Positions 49,101 to 58,559 of a stretch of DNA of 64,000 bases are shown in pieces; the stretch's first letter is position 1; each line of letters opens with the position of its first letter. Origin of the DNA: Callorhinchus milii. Taxonomy: Eukaryota. The DNA is taken from contig NW_024704742.1 of the NCBI RefSeq assembly GCF_018977255.1, positions 104,720,001 through 104,784,000 of the forward strand. The letters are read 5' to 3'. Below the pieces are notes generated by a model. It searched no databases. It worked only from the letters and a program-made list of their open reading frames with translations, and was not told the origin of the DNA. The position numbers and the translations under genes are program-made.

Positions 49101-52100
49101 ATAAATCTACAAAAATATTATAGAGATATGATAAAGTAAATAGGAATATTTCCTCTCTTCTGCAGGATGGGAACGAGAGGGCAAAAAAATATATAGTGAC
49201 AAAAAGCGTTCGAGGAGAATTAGAAAATATTTAGTGCACTGATGGTAACAAAGAATTAATTACTGGGAGGAAAAAAGCATCTGCACCAGAATGGGTCATT
49301 TGAAACATTCATACTTCACTTCAGATTAATTGATCATACACAAATGGCTATTTTTTGAACCTTGCTGGTGCAAATGGCTGCTATGTGGTTAAGAATTATT
49401 ACAATTAATAACAATTATTTGTTATTATAATTATTTGTGAAGTGCTCCAAGAAATTTCAAGAAATGGCACTATAAAAATGCAAGTTCTTCAATTAAACTC
49501 CACAATTTGAATGTCTTTTGTCTGAATTGAGTACTTTATTGCAGTTTTGATTCACACCTCATGGTGGCAATATATCTTTATTTGGAGTATCAAATATATC
49601 TCGTGATTGATGATCCGCCATGTAAAGTTGCTCTTATTTATCTTTAAATTCCAAACCAAGGTTCAAGAAAGAACATTGTTAATGATTTGCTAGATCTGAT
49701 GCCTACATTGAAATCCATTTGCTATATCTTAATCCATCATTTTATGTTAGATATATTTTTGAATGTTTATTCCTGCTTGCATTTGTTACCTCATTTGCAT
49801 AATGTGGTGTCATTAGAAATATTGCAAACAAATTATTACAAAGTTATTGTTGGCTAATTAATAGTAAAGTCTAAATAATGCCATTATTACTATTCCACTG
49901 CCCTCCCATATCTAAATCACACCTATACATAGACAAATGTGTAAATATTAAACAAGTACACAGAGATATAAACATTGACTCAAAAAGGGCCACAAACATA
50001 TAGAGAATGAAAATAATGGTAGCCTAATTACAACCCTCTCACCTCCAGCTGCAAATATATGTATCAATAAGCTGAATCTGCTGGAGGTCCTTTAAGGTGT
50101 TTTTTCATTTTGATTTATTCAGTTGGAAAATTTGAGGGGTAATCTTTCCAACGCAGGCAAAAAAATATGTCAAAGTGTATCTGAAGTGTGAAGTCTGTGA
50201 ACTGTGGAAGAACTTGTAAATCAAGTCGAAGAGATGGTAGCCATGAGGAGGGTGGTCAGTTAAGTTAGTTTATCCTCTTAATCAGCTTGCAATTGCAGAT
50301 TGTAGCTTGCATTTTAAGACAACAACAACAACATTACATTTATAGAACACCTTTCACGTCGGGAGGACGTCCCAAAGCACTGAACAGTCAGGTGTCGGGG
50401 CCCGAGCATGGGGGAGGGGTGGTGTAGGGGTTAGGGAAGGCAGAGAGGTGGGAGGGCGACCAAAGGCACGGTCGAAGAGAAGGGTCTTGAGACCGGCCTT
50501 GAAGGAGGCAAGGGAGGAAGCGAGGAGAAGGGACCGTGGGATGGTAGGGCTGGTCGGGCGGGAGACATGGAGCAGGCTGGAGCCCGATGAACGGAGGGAG
50601 AGGGCAGGTTGGTAGGGAGTCAGCAGGTCAGAGAGGTGAGGGGCAAGGCCATGGATAGCTTTAAAGGTGAGGACGAGGATTTTGAACTCGATCCTCTGGG
50701 GGATGGGGAGCCAGTGGAGTCGGGCGAGGGTGGGAGTGATAGGGTCACGGAGCCTGGTGCGTGAGAGTACATGAGCTGCAGAGTTTTGGATGATCTGCAG
50801 CTTGTGAAGGGAAGAGTTGGGAAAGCCGATGAGGAGAGAGTTCCCGTAATCGAGCCTTGATGTGAGGAATGCGTGGGTGAGGGTTTCGGCAGCCTGAGGG
50901 GTGAAGCAGTGGCAGAGTCTGGCAATGTTGCGGAGGTGGTGGTAGGCAATGCCAGTCTTGGCGCGGATGTGGGGAAGAAAGGACAGTTCAGGGTCAAACC
51001 AGATACCCAGGTTCCTGACTGGCTTAAGTGAGGTTGAGTGCGCAGCCGTGGAGGCTGTTGCTGCCAGCGCCTGAGGTGGAGAAGGGTTGGTTCTGCGGAC
51101 CTCTGCCAGAAGCGATGTTCAGCATAGCTTTTTTGATGTTCATCCACTTGCAGCCTGTTGATTCCTTGTATCTTCAAAGGAAGGCTGCCCATTTAGAATG
51201 ACATTGTTGAGACCAATATTTTGTGGCTGAAAGCAGTCATAGTTGAAGTTAAACAATATTTCACATAAAGGTATAGAAAAGGGAATATAAGGGAGAAGGG
51301 GATATCCACGTGGAGTATAAACATTAGCATGGACTAGTTGTGCCGAATACTGTTCTGTCCTGTACAGTTTATATAATTCTACATAAAGAAACTGGTTCCC
51401 CATCCTTCCTGCTACACAAGCTGTCATAATGGTTCCTTGGACACTAGCGTGCAGCTTTTTAACACCTAGATCTACTGATTGTATCTTAGCACTGGTGGTA
51501 AAAGTCACCAATAAACATAATTTGAATAGGAAAATAACACTGCTCTGAATCTCACCTGTTAATGAGAACCAATTAAGGTGTCGGCCTGACTCAGTTGGTT
51601 GCATTGTCTCCTCTGAGTTAGAAGGTTGTGGGTTCAAGCCGCACATTAGGACTTTGAACTCACAGTCTAAGCAGACACTCCAGTGTGGTACAGGTGGTGT
51701 TTTGCTGGAAGGGCTGTCCTTCATATATGACGTTAAACCAAAGTCCCATTTGCCTATTCAGGTAGATGTTAAACGTTCATCACAGTATTCAAAAGGAGAA
51801 GGGGGTTTCTCCAATGTCCTGGCCAATAAGCCCCAAATAAAATTGGTCATTTGGTAATTCAAATACATAGTCACTACACTTTACAGTATTTCCTGTGAGG
51901 TGTCCTTCTGACGTGAACTGCGCTATATCAAATGAAAGGATTATTATTAATAAAGAATTTTACTCTAATAAAATACAAACATTTGCACCACAAAAACAAT
52001 GTACGGAATTTGATATGTCTTTTAATGAAATGCATATTAATACTTTCTCCCAAATTCTGTGACATTGAATTATTTAATTGATAGAGAATTGCACGGAATT

Positions 52101-55100
52101 TAGACCCATAAATTCACTGCATTTTCCTTATACTTACCGCCTCAAAGAATTCCATCAATTAAGGAGACATAGATTGTCTCTTTTAAATCCATGTTGACAG
52201 GACTTTGTGCTACTGTGCTTTTTAGGGCTTAGCGTTGATCTTTTTGTTAAAACTGGAAGAAGTTTGTTTCTTTGAATCTGCAATAATGAATAGTTCCTAA
52301 TTTTAAAGTAACTAATTCAGGAAATTGAATGCTAAAAGATTCATAAATTACAGAATTCAACTATGAAGTATGGAATTCAAAAATACTGAATTGAGATGTT
52401 TTCACTGTGGTAAATAAATATCCATTGAAATTTTAAGCTTATTCAAAAGATGCAATAATGCACTTAAACAATTGTTTGATTTCAGTTCTTCATTCTAATT
52501 TCACTTTTTATTCGCAAGTAACAGCTGGTTGACTGTTTCATGCTCAATATAACATCAGAAATAGAAAATCATCCCTACTACCCTGGACAGCTGTTACCTT
52601 CTAACAGCAAATCTATGGAGACTATTATTGCATATAGAAATGCCAATAAATATCACTTGCTTTGTTTAGTTTTACCAACAAGAGATAAACTAAAAGTGTA
52701 CTTTTTGGAATCATTTTAAGCAGTTTTTATGCAGGGCAATATAATTTATGCATCACCATGGGAGCATCTGGCACTTAGAAGCTCAAGCAAAACTCAAATG
52801 ATCTGGATGAATCCACTTGATAATTCAAAACCTTCATTCATGCTTTTATCACCCGAAGGCAAGATTTCTCCAACACTCTACTTGCAAGCCTCCCTATCTC
52901 CGTCGTCCATAAGCTCCAACTCATCTAAAACTCTGAAGTCCAAATTCTCTCCTGTACCAAACTCCAGGCATCCATTACAAAGCTCCACACACACACAGCC
53001 CTGTATCCTTGCCAGGATTTACAGGCTCCCGCAGGTTAGCTTCAAGATTCGTATCCAGACCTTCTTTAGAATTCTCTCCCCAAATTACTTTTGGTTTGTG
53101 CTTCTCTTCCTGTCATTTGCAAAAGATCTTAAAATTGTATCTCTTTGGCTATGCCTTTTTGTTAACACTCAAATTCTCTGAACTTCCCTCCCTGCTCGGT
53201 GATCACAGTCATCTGGTACGAAGTGCTTTGAGACATTCATCCTTTATGAAAGGCTTCTTATAATAATATTCCTTACATTTGGTATTGTGTCTTTCACGTT
53301 GGGAGAATGTCTCAAAGCACTTCAGGGGATATACTGTAATGTTTGCCTACAAATATACACTTGCTCCACAACAAGTGCAAATATTTTTTATTAGGATACT
53401 TATGAAAGGATTTGCCTTTCAATCCCAGCCTTAATTGTTATTCATATTTTCTATGGAGAGCTCATAAAGGTATGACATAGCAACTCAAGGTAGTGCAAAT
53501 TAAAAGTTACTTCACATCAGTACTCCTTGCCTCTTTGTGACTAATTTGGAGCAGCACTCAAGATTAATTTGGATCTTTTGAGCATGGAGGACAGGGGAGG
53601 AGGGTCGGGACGGTAGTTGGGGGTTGGGGTGACCGTATTGTTATGATTAAAACATGGCACTTTTTTTCCAAGTCTTCGAAATTATGTTTCTCACACATAA
53701 ATACACAGTAAATAATTTTTTTTAATTAATTAATTTTTATTGAACAACATATGCAAAAGAAAGAACATAAATAGGGGTTGAAAGAGTCACAACCCCCCAA
53801 AAAACTCTACCTAATGAATTATCTAATTTCCTATTAATCACTTAATCTTTTTCCCCTACATACAATTGGGTTCTAAGTTTATGGTGTCAAATGTAGCGTG
53901 TAATGCGTACACATGGGAGAGGGAACAGTTGTCTTAGCTGTTTGCTTTGCGTAATTGAGTGGTCACCATTGAGTGTTTAAACTGCAAATTAACAGCAGCT
54001 GTGACCATATCAATTGACTTACTACAATTGACCAACTACAGGCAAAACACGGATGTACAAACAGTTTCCTTTTCATATATTTTGTTTTCCCAGGCCAGGT
54101 GAGCCACGAGTACATGGTCGCCTTTTTAGACTGCTCTGTGTCACTTTGTTTTGTTCACAGTAATTAAAAGTAATGTTTGCCACAGTGACTAAATGGCAAA
54201 GCCCAAATTTATTTCACAAATTAAACTGATGACTTTTATTTAATTGATGAATTAAAAATTAAATTGATGAATTAATTGATGACTTTTGATTCACTGCAAT
54301 TGTTTTGTGCACAGCCCTATATCATCATGCTTTATAGGCATGATCTGTAAAGTCCTATGTTCGAGTGTTTGGTGTTAATAAGCTTTCATTATATGTTGTG
54401 AATAGAGTGCTTCTCATTATGTGCTACACGCTGCCCAGTAGGGCGTTGATTATTAAACACTGTTTCGAATAGCTTGTAGCATCACTGCCTAAACATTAAA
54501 AAAAATTCTTATTGTGCACAGCAGGAATTTATGCAGCGGTGCATTTTGGATGCGTGTTGTGTTTTTAATGGTTTATTTCCCAGGTCAGTGCACATTGCGC
54601 TAGGACTTATTTGTTTCCACCAGTCATGCGTGACTTTTAAATGGGGTGAAAATGAGATTGTAATATGCGCTAATGACACATTCACAAGCATGAAAATAAA
54701 GTACAGCTCTGCATCCTGTTCAGAATAGATTGCACTGCCTATTTATATAATTTAACCGGTGGTTGGAGTAAGATGCCAATAGGCACAGATCATAAATTTG
54801 AATTGGAATTTACTCTTCATCAAACAGGAAGAAATAATAAGGTTGAAAATAATAAGCTTAATGTTTACCTGGGGTATGTATGAGATACAATGTGTGAGGA
54901 GGTGGAGATTCAGCAGTGAAAGAGTGCATTCTGGAGACAATTAGAATGAATGGGAATATCGTAAGGGACGCTGAGAATAGCTTGAAGTCATTCAGCAAAG
55001 GATTAGTTGAGAGTGTAGGAGGTTGAAGAAGAATCTTAATAAGCATTGGGCAGGGGAGGTAATAACATTACACTTAAGGTGATGCTGTAGAGCAGTAGAC

Positions 55101-57449
55101 ATATGTTCTGTCATCCATCAGCAGTATGTCAACATCTAACTTAATAGTAATATTGTTTTGTTCATCCTAGTATACATAAGCTGAAGACCTGCAGACTAGT
55201 TGGCTGACAGAAAGGAGTTTCCTTAGATCTGCAGGCAGTCTAAGAGTTAATGTTCTGCCTAGCAGTCAGCCACCGGTCAATTCTCTTACCATAAACCTCC
55301 AAGTGAATCAAGAATTGGTAGGATAAATGAGCTGTCAGTACTGCTAAGGAAATTGGCACCCACATTCATAAAATTCATGGCACTATCCGTGCCTTTAAAT
55401 TAATAGAATAGAAGCCTTTCCTGGTAAGATAGATTTGCACATCCTTTGCTGATCAATGGATGAGCCAGTGGGTGCAAAACAGGTGAAATCGCCTTTTTAG
55501 GTTCCTGCTGTTTGGAAATTTGGAGAACTAACATAGCATTACATTCTCCAAACAGAGCAAGTTTGACTTGAGAAATGTTTGGATGTTTTTAACTGACTTA
55601 TTCCCTTGGTTATGTGAGGTATCTAAAAGAGACTGGTAGATTAAAGTTGAAAATGGCATTGGAATGGACATGAAATAACCTGTATCAACCTAGAAGCATG
55701 AATGAACTGGACAAGTTTCTAGAAAAATAAAATAATTTGGGTTTATTAGTGGTAAGATAAACATGTTAAAGAAATGTTTGGAGTCTTTGGAAGGGTAGCT
55801 AGATGGACCAATAGTTTCAGGTTCCTTTGTAATTATAATAGATCAAGTGTTTTTAACTTCTTATATAACATTAGACAACGTTTCTTTGTTAAACCTGAAC
55901 CATTATCTTATTTATCTATATAACTAATGCAACATATGTAATTCCTGAGGAATGTTTTTTCTTTCTACAGAACAAGGGTATTGAAATCTTTTATTTTGTC
56001 ATTATGAAATCCTAAAACAAAAGCTCAACATCAGCCATCTGTGGTGTACATGTGTGTTTGTGTGTGTGTGGTGTGTTTGTGTGTGTGTGAATGTGCTAGG
56101 TTTGGCTCCTTCACTGACTTCTCTTTCCTTACAGAAACATATCTAGGCCAAATGAAACAGCCAAAGTTGTGAATGCAGCACAATGGAAACTTAACCTGTG
56201 TCCTGCTATTCTGTGTCTTTTTACCCACCATTGTCTTAATTCTCCAACTCCTGGTTTAACATGGCTTCTTAAGGAGAAAATGTTTAATACAGAGATTTTG
56301 TTTTATTTCAGAGAAGAAATAATGTTACCAGAAGCAATTTATCAAGCACCCCCTAGCTTTAATGTTCGCACAAGCTTTGATCTCCGGAGAATAATGGAAG
56401 ATCAGGTAAAATTGTAGTAATTATGCCAGCAGTCAAGGTTAATTAAAAATTACATTAATATCCCTTTTTAATGATACAAATCTGATTATTTTAATTGGTT
56501 TCAGATTTTCTTCTTTGGAGAATGGACAGCGCAAACCCACTTGTACTAATGGGCAATGCTACCTTATTCATTTTAAGATACCTTACAATTTATGAATATA
56601 TAGCATCTCACAGCACTGAAAAAATCTGGTGTAATACCAAATAAAGTAGTATATAAATTAGTAACAGATCACTCAGATATTGTTTAGGATATAGTGATTA
56701 AAGTCGCAGCGCAAGCTGGCAGTTATATCCATATTATAAATATTTATGAGACTAATGGTGCATTCATATGGAGCTGGCAATGAAGTAGCTTGGCTCCCAA
56801 TTGTATAAAAATGAAGACAGTAAGCTACATAATTTAGTTCATTATAATAATATTCCTTGCATTTGATATAGCACCTTATTATGTCTTTGAGACATCCCAC
56901 AAACAGTCGTGGATTGAAGTGACCAATTTATTATTATTATTATTTTTTGAAGGAGTTATAATCCCGGAAAAGCGATCCGCCAATCAACTAACAACCAGGT
57001 TCCTACTTACTGCTAGGTAAACAGAGGCGTGTGGAGTAAAGAAACTTGGCCAACATTTCGCCCTGCCGGGAATCAAACCCAGGTCTCTTGCTTGCGAGGC
57101 AAGTGCTGTAACCAATGAGCTACAGGACTCCATTATAAAAACATAACAAAAGGATTGCTGTTTGTAGTGATCAGTGTAAAATAAATCCCATTAGTGATGA
57201 TGTGTATTGAAAATGCAGTTTGAAAAATTCAAGTTTACTTTTGCTTTCCTTCATAGTTAATACAGAACGGTTTAACTTATGTTCTTTATTTGTTGACAGT
57301 GGAGGAAAGAACTGCAGGTAAAACTGGAAGAAGAGGAAGAAAACAGGGAGATAGAACTACAAGACAAAATGCAAAAAGAGATTTGGAAAGAAGGAGAAAG
57401 TTCACAAAATATCAATGACACATTAAACTCCTCTCATAATGAAATGTAG
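1081..57449 (+). CDS. TMEM232: TMEM232 orthologue, 5'-partial, 11 coding exons in window (563 aa)
   Basis: Eleven exons with AG/GT boundaries splice in phase into one open frame. The peptides are colinear with human TMEM232 as I recall it (LAQCKGxIQD, SLDHA, [11 protein letters not shown], EAAKxNMAC, AELN, IGxRI, WxxEL). The identification is from memory; confirm by BLASTP. Confidence 0.93.
1911..2222 (+). mobile_element. tRNA-derived SINE, short variant
   Basis: A box TAGCTCAGTGG, B box GTTCAATTCC, L2-like 3' stem-loop, (ATT)n tail; multiple copies in window. Confidence 0.92.
2705..3420 (-). mobile_element. L2 3' fragment
   Basis: Encodes [30 protein letters not shown] and LSDIKFWM; ends in an L2 3' tail. 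Confidence 0.88.
3659..3816 (+). CDS. TMEM232: TMEM232 exon 2: (G)[52 protein letters not shown]
   Basis: ttctctag acceptor, AAG|gtacat donor, 158 nt, phase 1 to 0. Confidence 0.93.
4346..4763 (-). mobile_element. Solo LTR (ERV- or Gypsy-type), 418 bp
   Basis: TG...CA termini; 4-bp direct repeat CTGG at 4342-4345 and 4764-4767; minus-strand TATATAAA (4528-4535) followed by AATAAA (4421-4426). Confidence 0.75.
6483..6855 (-). mobile_element. tRNA-derived SINE, long variant, followed by a second truncated tail at about 6861-6988
   Basis: Full head-body-tail similarity to other copies; carries the extra ~61-bp internal segment. Confidence 0.9.
8910..9009 (+). CDS. TMEM232: TMEM232 exon 3: [33 protein letters not shown]
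   Basis: tttccatag acceptor, AAG|gtagga donor, 100 nt, phase 0 to 1; carries a hydrophobic segment. Confidence 0.93.
12503..14354 (+). mobile_element. L2 LINE, 5'-truncated with internal deletions and frameshifts
   Basis: Encodes [29 protein letters not shown] and LHWLPV; stem-loop plus (TTG)n tail. Confidence 0.95.
14566..14893 (-). mobile_element. tRNA-derived SINE, short variant
   Basis: Close match to 1911-2222 on the opposite strand. Confidence 0.93.
16020..16183 (+). CDS. TMEM232: TMEM232 exon 4: (D)[54 protein letters not shown]
   Basis: tatttttag acceptor, ATG|gtaggg donor, 164 nt, phase 1 to 0. Confidence 0.9.
16524..17945 (-). mobile_element. L2 3' portion, split by a SINE (17230-17536) and about 80 bp of unrelated DNA
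   Basis: Encodes [33 protein letters not shown] and LHWLPI; L2 tail at 16524. Confidence 0.92.
17230..17536 (-). mobile_element. tRNA-derived SINE, short variant, nested in L2
   Basis: Family head, body and tail are all present. Confidence 0.92.
18074..18365 (-). mobile_element. SINE long variant lacking its tRNA head
   Basis: Body and tail match; similarity stops at gtggagtaag. Confidence 0.85.
18660..19045 (-). mobile_element. Decayed L2 3' fragment
   Basis: [12 protein letters not shown] and WLPIP-like remnants plus tail remnant. Confidence 0.65.
20388..20495 (-). mobile_element. SINE 3' fragment
   Basis: Tail and stem-loop match the family. Confidence 0.8.
21407..21573 (+). CDS. TMEM232: TMEM232 exon 5: [55 protein letters not shown](W)
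   Basis: cctatatgcag acceptor, TG|gtacga donor, 167 nt, phase 0 to 2; the exact acceptor is slightly uncertain. Confidence 0.87.
23550..23910 (-). mobile_element. Decayed L2 3' end
   Basis: SPYLSNLL and LRLKTYLFD peptides plus tail. Confidence 0.75.
24078..24428 (-). mobile_element. tRNA-derived SINE, long variant
   Basis: Full length; B box GTTCGAATCC on the minus strand. Confidence 0.92.
25829..26135 (-). mobile_element. L2 3' end with internal deletion
   Basis: 3' UTR closely matches those at 48260-48716 and 50319-51080. Confidence 0.85.
26600..26908 (+). mobile_element. tRNA-derived SINE, short variant
   Basis: A and B boxes, body, (ATT)n tail. Confidence 0.92.
28422..28545 (+). CDS. 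TMEM232: TMEM232 exon 6: (W)[41 protein letters not shown]
   Basis: cttatctttag acceptor, GAG|gtaaag donor, 124 nt, phase 2 to 0. Confidence 0.93.
29834..30053 (+). CDS. TMEM232: TMEM232 exon 7: [30 protein letters not shown]...[15 protein letters not shown]
   Basis: ttttaatgacag acceptor, CTG|gtgagt donor, 220 nt, phase 0 to 1. Confidence 0.92.
30975..31925 (-). mobile_element. Decayed CR1 LINE fragments, with an imperfect internal tandem duplication at about 31570-31830
   Basis: Minus strand reads as CR1 RT remnants ([24 protein letters not shown]). Confidence 0.7.
32980..33655 (+). mobile_element. Older L2 3' fragment
   Basis: DPQLSF and [13 protein letters not shown] peptides plus tail remnant. 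Confidence 0.8.
34238..35174 (+). mobile_element. Decayed PIF/Harbinger DNA transposon remnant bounded by 61-bp inverted repeats
   Basis: Inverted repeats at 34238-34298 and 35114-35174 (55/61 identical). Internal peptides [37 protein letters not shown] and [10 protein letters not shown] are colinear with Harbinger/HARBI1 transposase motifs. Confidence 0.72.
34989..35090. repeat. 42-bp tandem duplication plus a partial third unit
   Basis: aaggctttcaa(t/a)caagactctgattcataaatagggactctg at 34989-35030 and 35031-35072. Confidence 0.9.
35379..35870 (-). mobile_element. L2 3' fragment, same subfamily as 12503-14354
   Basis: High nucleotide similarity by eye, same 3' UTR type. Confidence 0.92.
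35950..36320 (+). mobile_element. Decayed CR1 fragment
   Basis: Similar to 60135-60736 ([17 protein letters not shown] remnants). Confidence 0.7.
37100..37275 (+). CDS. TMEM232: TMEM232 exon 8: (D)[58 protein letters not shown]
   Basis: tttatctgacag acceptor, GAG|gtaatt donor, 176 nt, phase 1 to 0. Confidence 0.92.
37386..38005. mobile_element. Non-autonomous pogo/Tigger-like (Tc1/mariner superfamily) element, about 620 bp
   Basis: TA on both flanks; imperfect ~26-bp TIRs CAGTGGAATACG... / ...CCGGCTTCCACTA; subterminal GGTTAA-like repeats. Confidence 0.6.
39094..39231 (-). mobile_element. 5' half of SINE, inverted copy of its neighbour
   Basis: Reverse complement of 39268-39408. Confidence 0.9.
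39268..39584 (+). mobile_element. tRNA-derived SINE, short variant
   Basis: Full length with (ATT)n tail. Confidence 0.92.
41745..41947. mobile_element. hAT-Charlie-like MITE, about 200 bp
   Basis: Ends CAGGGTGTTCCAAC...GTTGGATCACCG with subterminal GGCCC/GGGCC motifs typical of Charlie-type elements. Confidence 0.6.
43350..44530. mobile_element. Cluster of decayed L2 fragments in both orientations
   Basis: Minus at about 43350-44000, plus at about 44020-44160, minus at about 44180-44530 ([16 protein letters not shown]). Confidence 0.7.
45430..45790 (+). mobile_element. Ancient SINE-like repeat (possibly AmnSINE2-related), with a second fragment at about 44545-44730
   Basis: Both segments share CTCAGCTGTGATTCCCC and flanking similarity; the family assignment is from memory only. 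Confidence 0.4.
46748..47212. repeat. Compound CA/GA microsatellite-like tract interrupted by an L2 3' end (46976-47152, minus)
   Basis: Visible (CA)n/(GA)n runs; the insert matches the 3' UTR at 62620-62846. Confidence 0.9.
47724..47956 (+). CDS. TMEM232: TMEM232 exon 9: [10 protein letters not shown]...[17 protein letters not shown]...KMSGLTL(R)
   Basis: ttcctcttttcag acceptor, CAG|gtatga donor, 233 nt, phase 0 to 2; absent from the ORF track. Confidence 0.93.
48260..48716 (-). mobile_element. L2 3' fragment
   Basis: [37 protein letters not shown]. Confidence 0.93.
50319..51080 (-). mobile_element. L2 3' fragment
   Basis: Colinear with 61960-62846; (TTG)n tail. Confidence 0.93.
51578..51948 (+). 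mobile_element. Older Deu-domain SINE (SacSINE1/AmnSINE-like)
   Basis: Head CTCTGAGTTAGAAGGTTGTGGGTTCAAG, central GACGTTAAACC...CAGGTAGATGTTAAA...TGTCCTGGCCAATA resembling the Deu domain as I recall it, and an L2-type tail. Confidence 0.7.
52820..53260 (+). mobile_element. Highly decayed L2 3' fragment
   Basis: Residual similarity to L2 ORF2 C-terminus and tail. Confidence 0.6.
53626..54124. mobile_element. Possible hAT (Tip100-like) non-autonomous element
   Basis: Imperfect TIRs GGGGTGACCGTA...CATGGTCGCCTT; no clear TSD. Confidence 0.4.
56050..56089. repeat. Imperfect (TG)n microsatellite
   Basis: Directly visible. Confidence 0.85.
56312..56405 (+). CDS. TMEM232: TMEM232 exon 10: (R)[31 protein letters not shown]
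   Basis: ttttatttcag acceptor, CAG|gtaaaa donor, 94 nt, phase 2 to 0. Confidence 0.92.
56848..57131 (-). mobile_element. tRNA-derived SINE, long variant with an internal deletion, in the last intron
   Basis: Head, extra segment and tail present; flanked by direct repeat (C)ATTATAA at 56840-56847 and 57131-57138. Confidence 0.9.
57300..57449 (+). CDS. TMEM232: TMEM232 last coding exon: [49 protein letters not shown]
   Basis: ttgttgacag acceptor, TAG at 57447-57449; charged, coiled-coil-like start resembling human WQEELKIREKE. Confidence 0.87.
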   Translation, partial: WRKELQVKLEEEEENREIELQDKMQKEIWKEGESSQNINDTLNSSHNEM

Positions 57450-57788
57450 CTAGATTATTTGTGACTCTTGTACTGCTGCAAGATTTAACTACAGAATTTG
57501 TGTCTGACAATTTCTTGTGGAAAACGAGCCCTGTTGGAACAAAAATGCAACTACTGTACCTCTCTCCCACTTTTCACTAATATTCTGTCAAATTTCATTA
57601 AAAGTTCCAGTCTCAAAGATGCTATTACTGTGATGCTAATTTTTAACTATGAATAATGCCTGTGCTCTTGTTAAAAAATCCAATAAGTGATGACTGTGAG
57701 AGTGAACAGAGAAGTGCAGTGCCACAATTTTGTACCAGCCTGGAGCACTACACACTACAATATGCAAGCTCATTAAGGCTTCAGTGGC

Positions 57789-57794
57789 AATAAA
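57789..57794 (+). terminator. Candidate polyadenylation signal of TMEM232
   Basis: First AATAAA I found downstream of the stop codon, about 340 nt into the putative 3' UTR. Confidence 0.45.
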
Positions 57795-58559
57795 TGTTGA
57801 AATTTTATCTCGTCCACAGACTGTTTTACAATATAATCAACACTAATTCTCACACACTATGCTGCTGACCACTTCTTTAAGTGTACAAAATTATTTGAAC
57901 AGAAATCTAGCCCTAGCTCAATCCTGGTATACGGGGGGGTAATTCAAAATATTTTTATGTTCAGCAAAGCATTCCTGCTGATGCCAGAAAATACATTGTA
58001 GATCAGCAAATTATTGACTATTAGGACATGACTCCCAACCTCATCTTTATTTCAAATGAGTCGATCTTATTGCAGAGAAGAGTTTTCTGATCCAAACACC
58101 TTACCTTGTCCACTTGGAATTAGTAATGTCGTCATATAAATAATCACCTATATTGATATCAGCAATATCTGATAACGGAGAGGGAGTCTGTTTTGTCTGA
58201 GGCTGCAGGTAATCTTTACCATTTAGCATTGCAGCCACCATCTCCTTGCACCACATCCTGAAAGAGAAAAGTCCAACTTCAATTATTGAAGGCTGCAGGC
58301 AGCAAAAGGAAAAGCTGTGAAATTGATTTCTTGCCTTTGATTGTTTTGCACCTCGTCATTTTGCTGCCTGCTGTATCTAGCCTTCTGTTACATTTGCCTT
58401 CAAGTGACCTGCAGGGGAGCACTGGTAGGAATTCTGAATAGCTAGGAAGATTATTTGCCTGTCAGACATTTCCTAAGAGTTGAGAAAAAACTGATAGATT
58501 GTTGTTCAGTCTGGTCATTCACTTTTTGCAGAATTAGGTATCAGTTATTATTCATAAAA

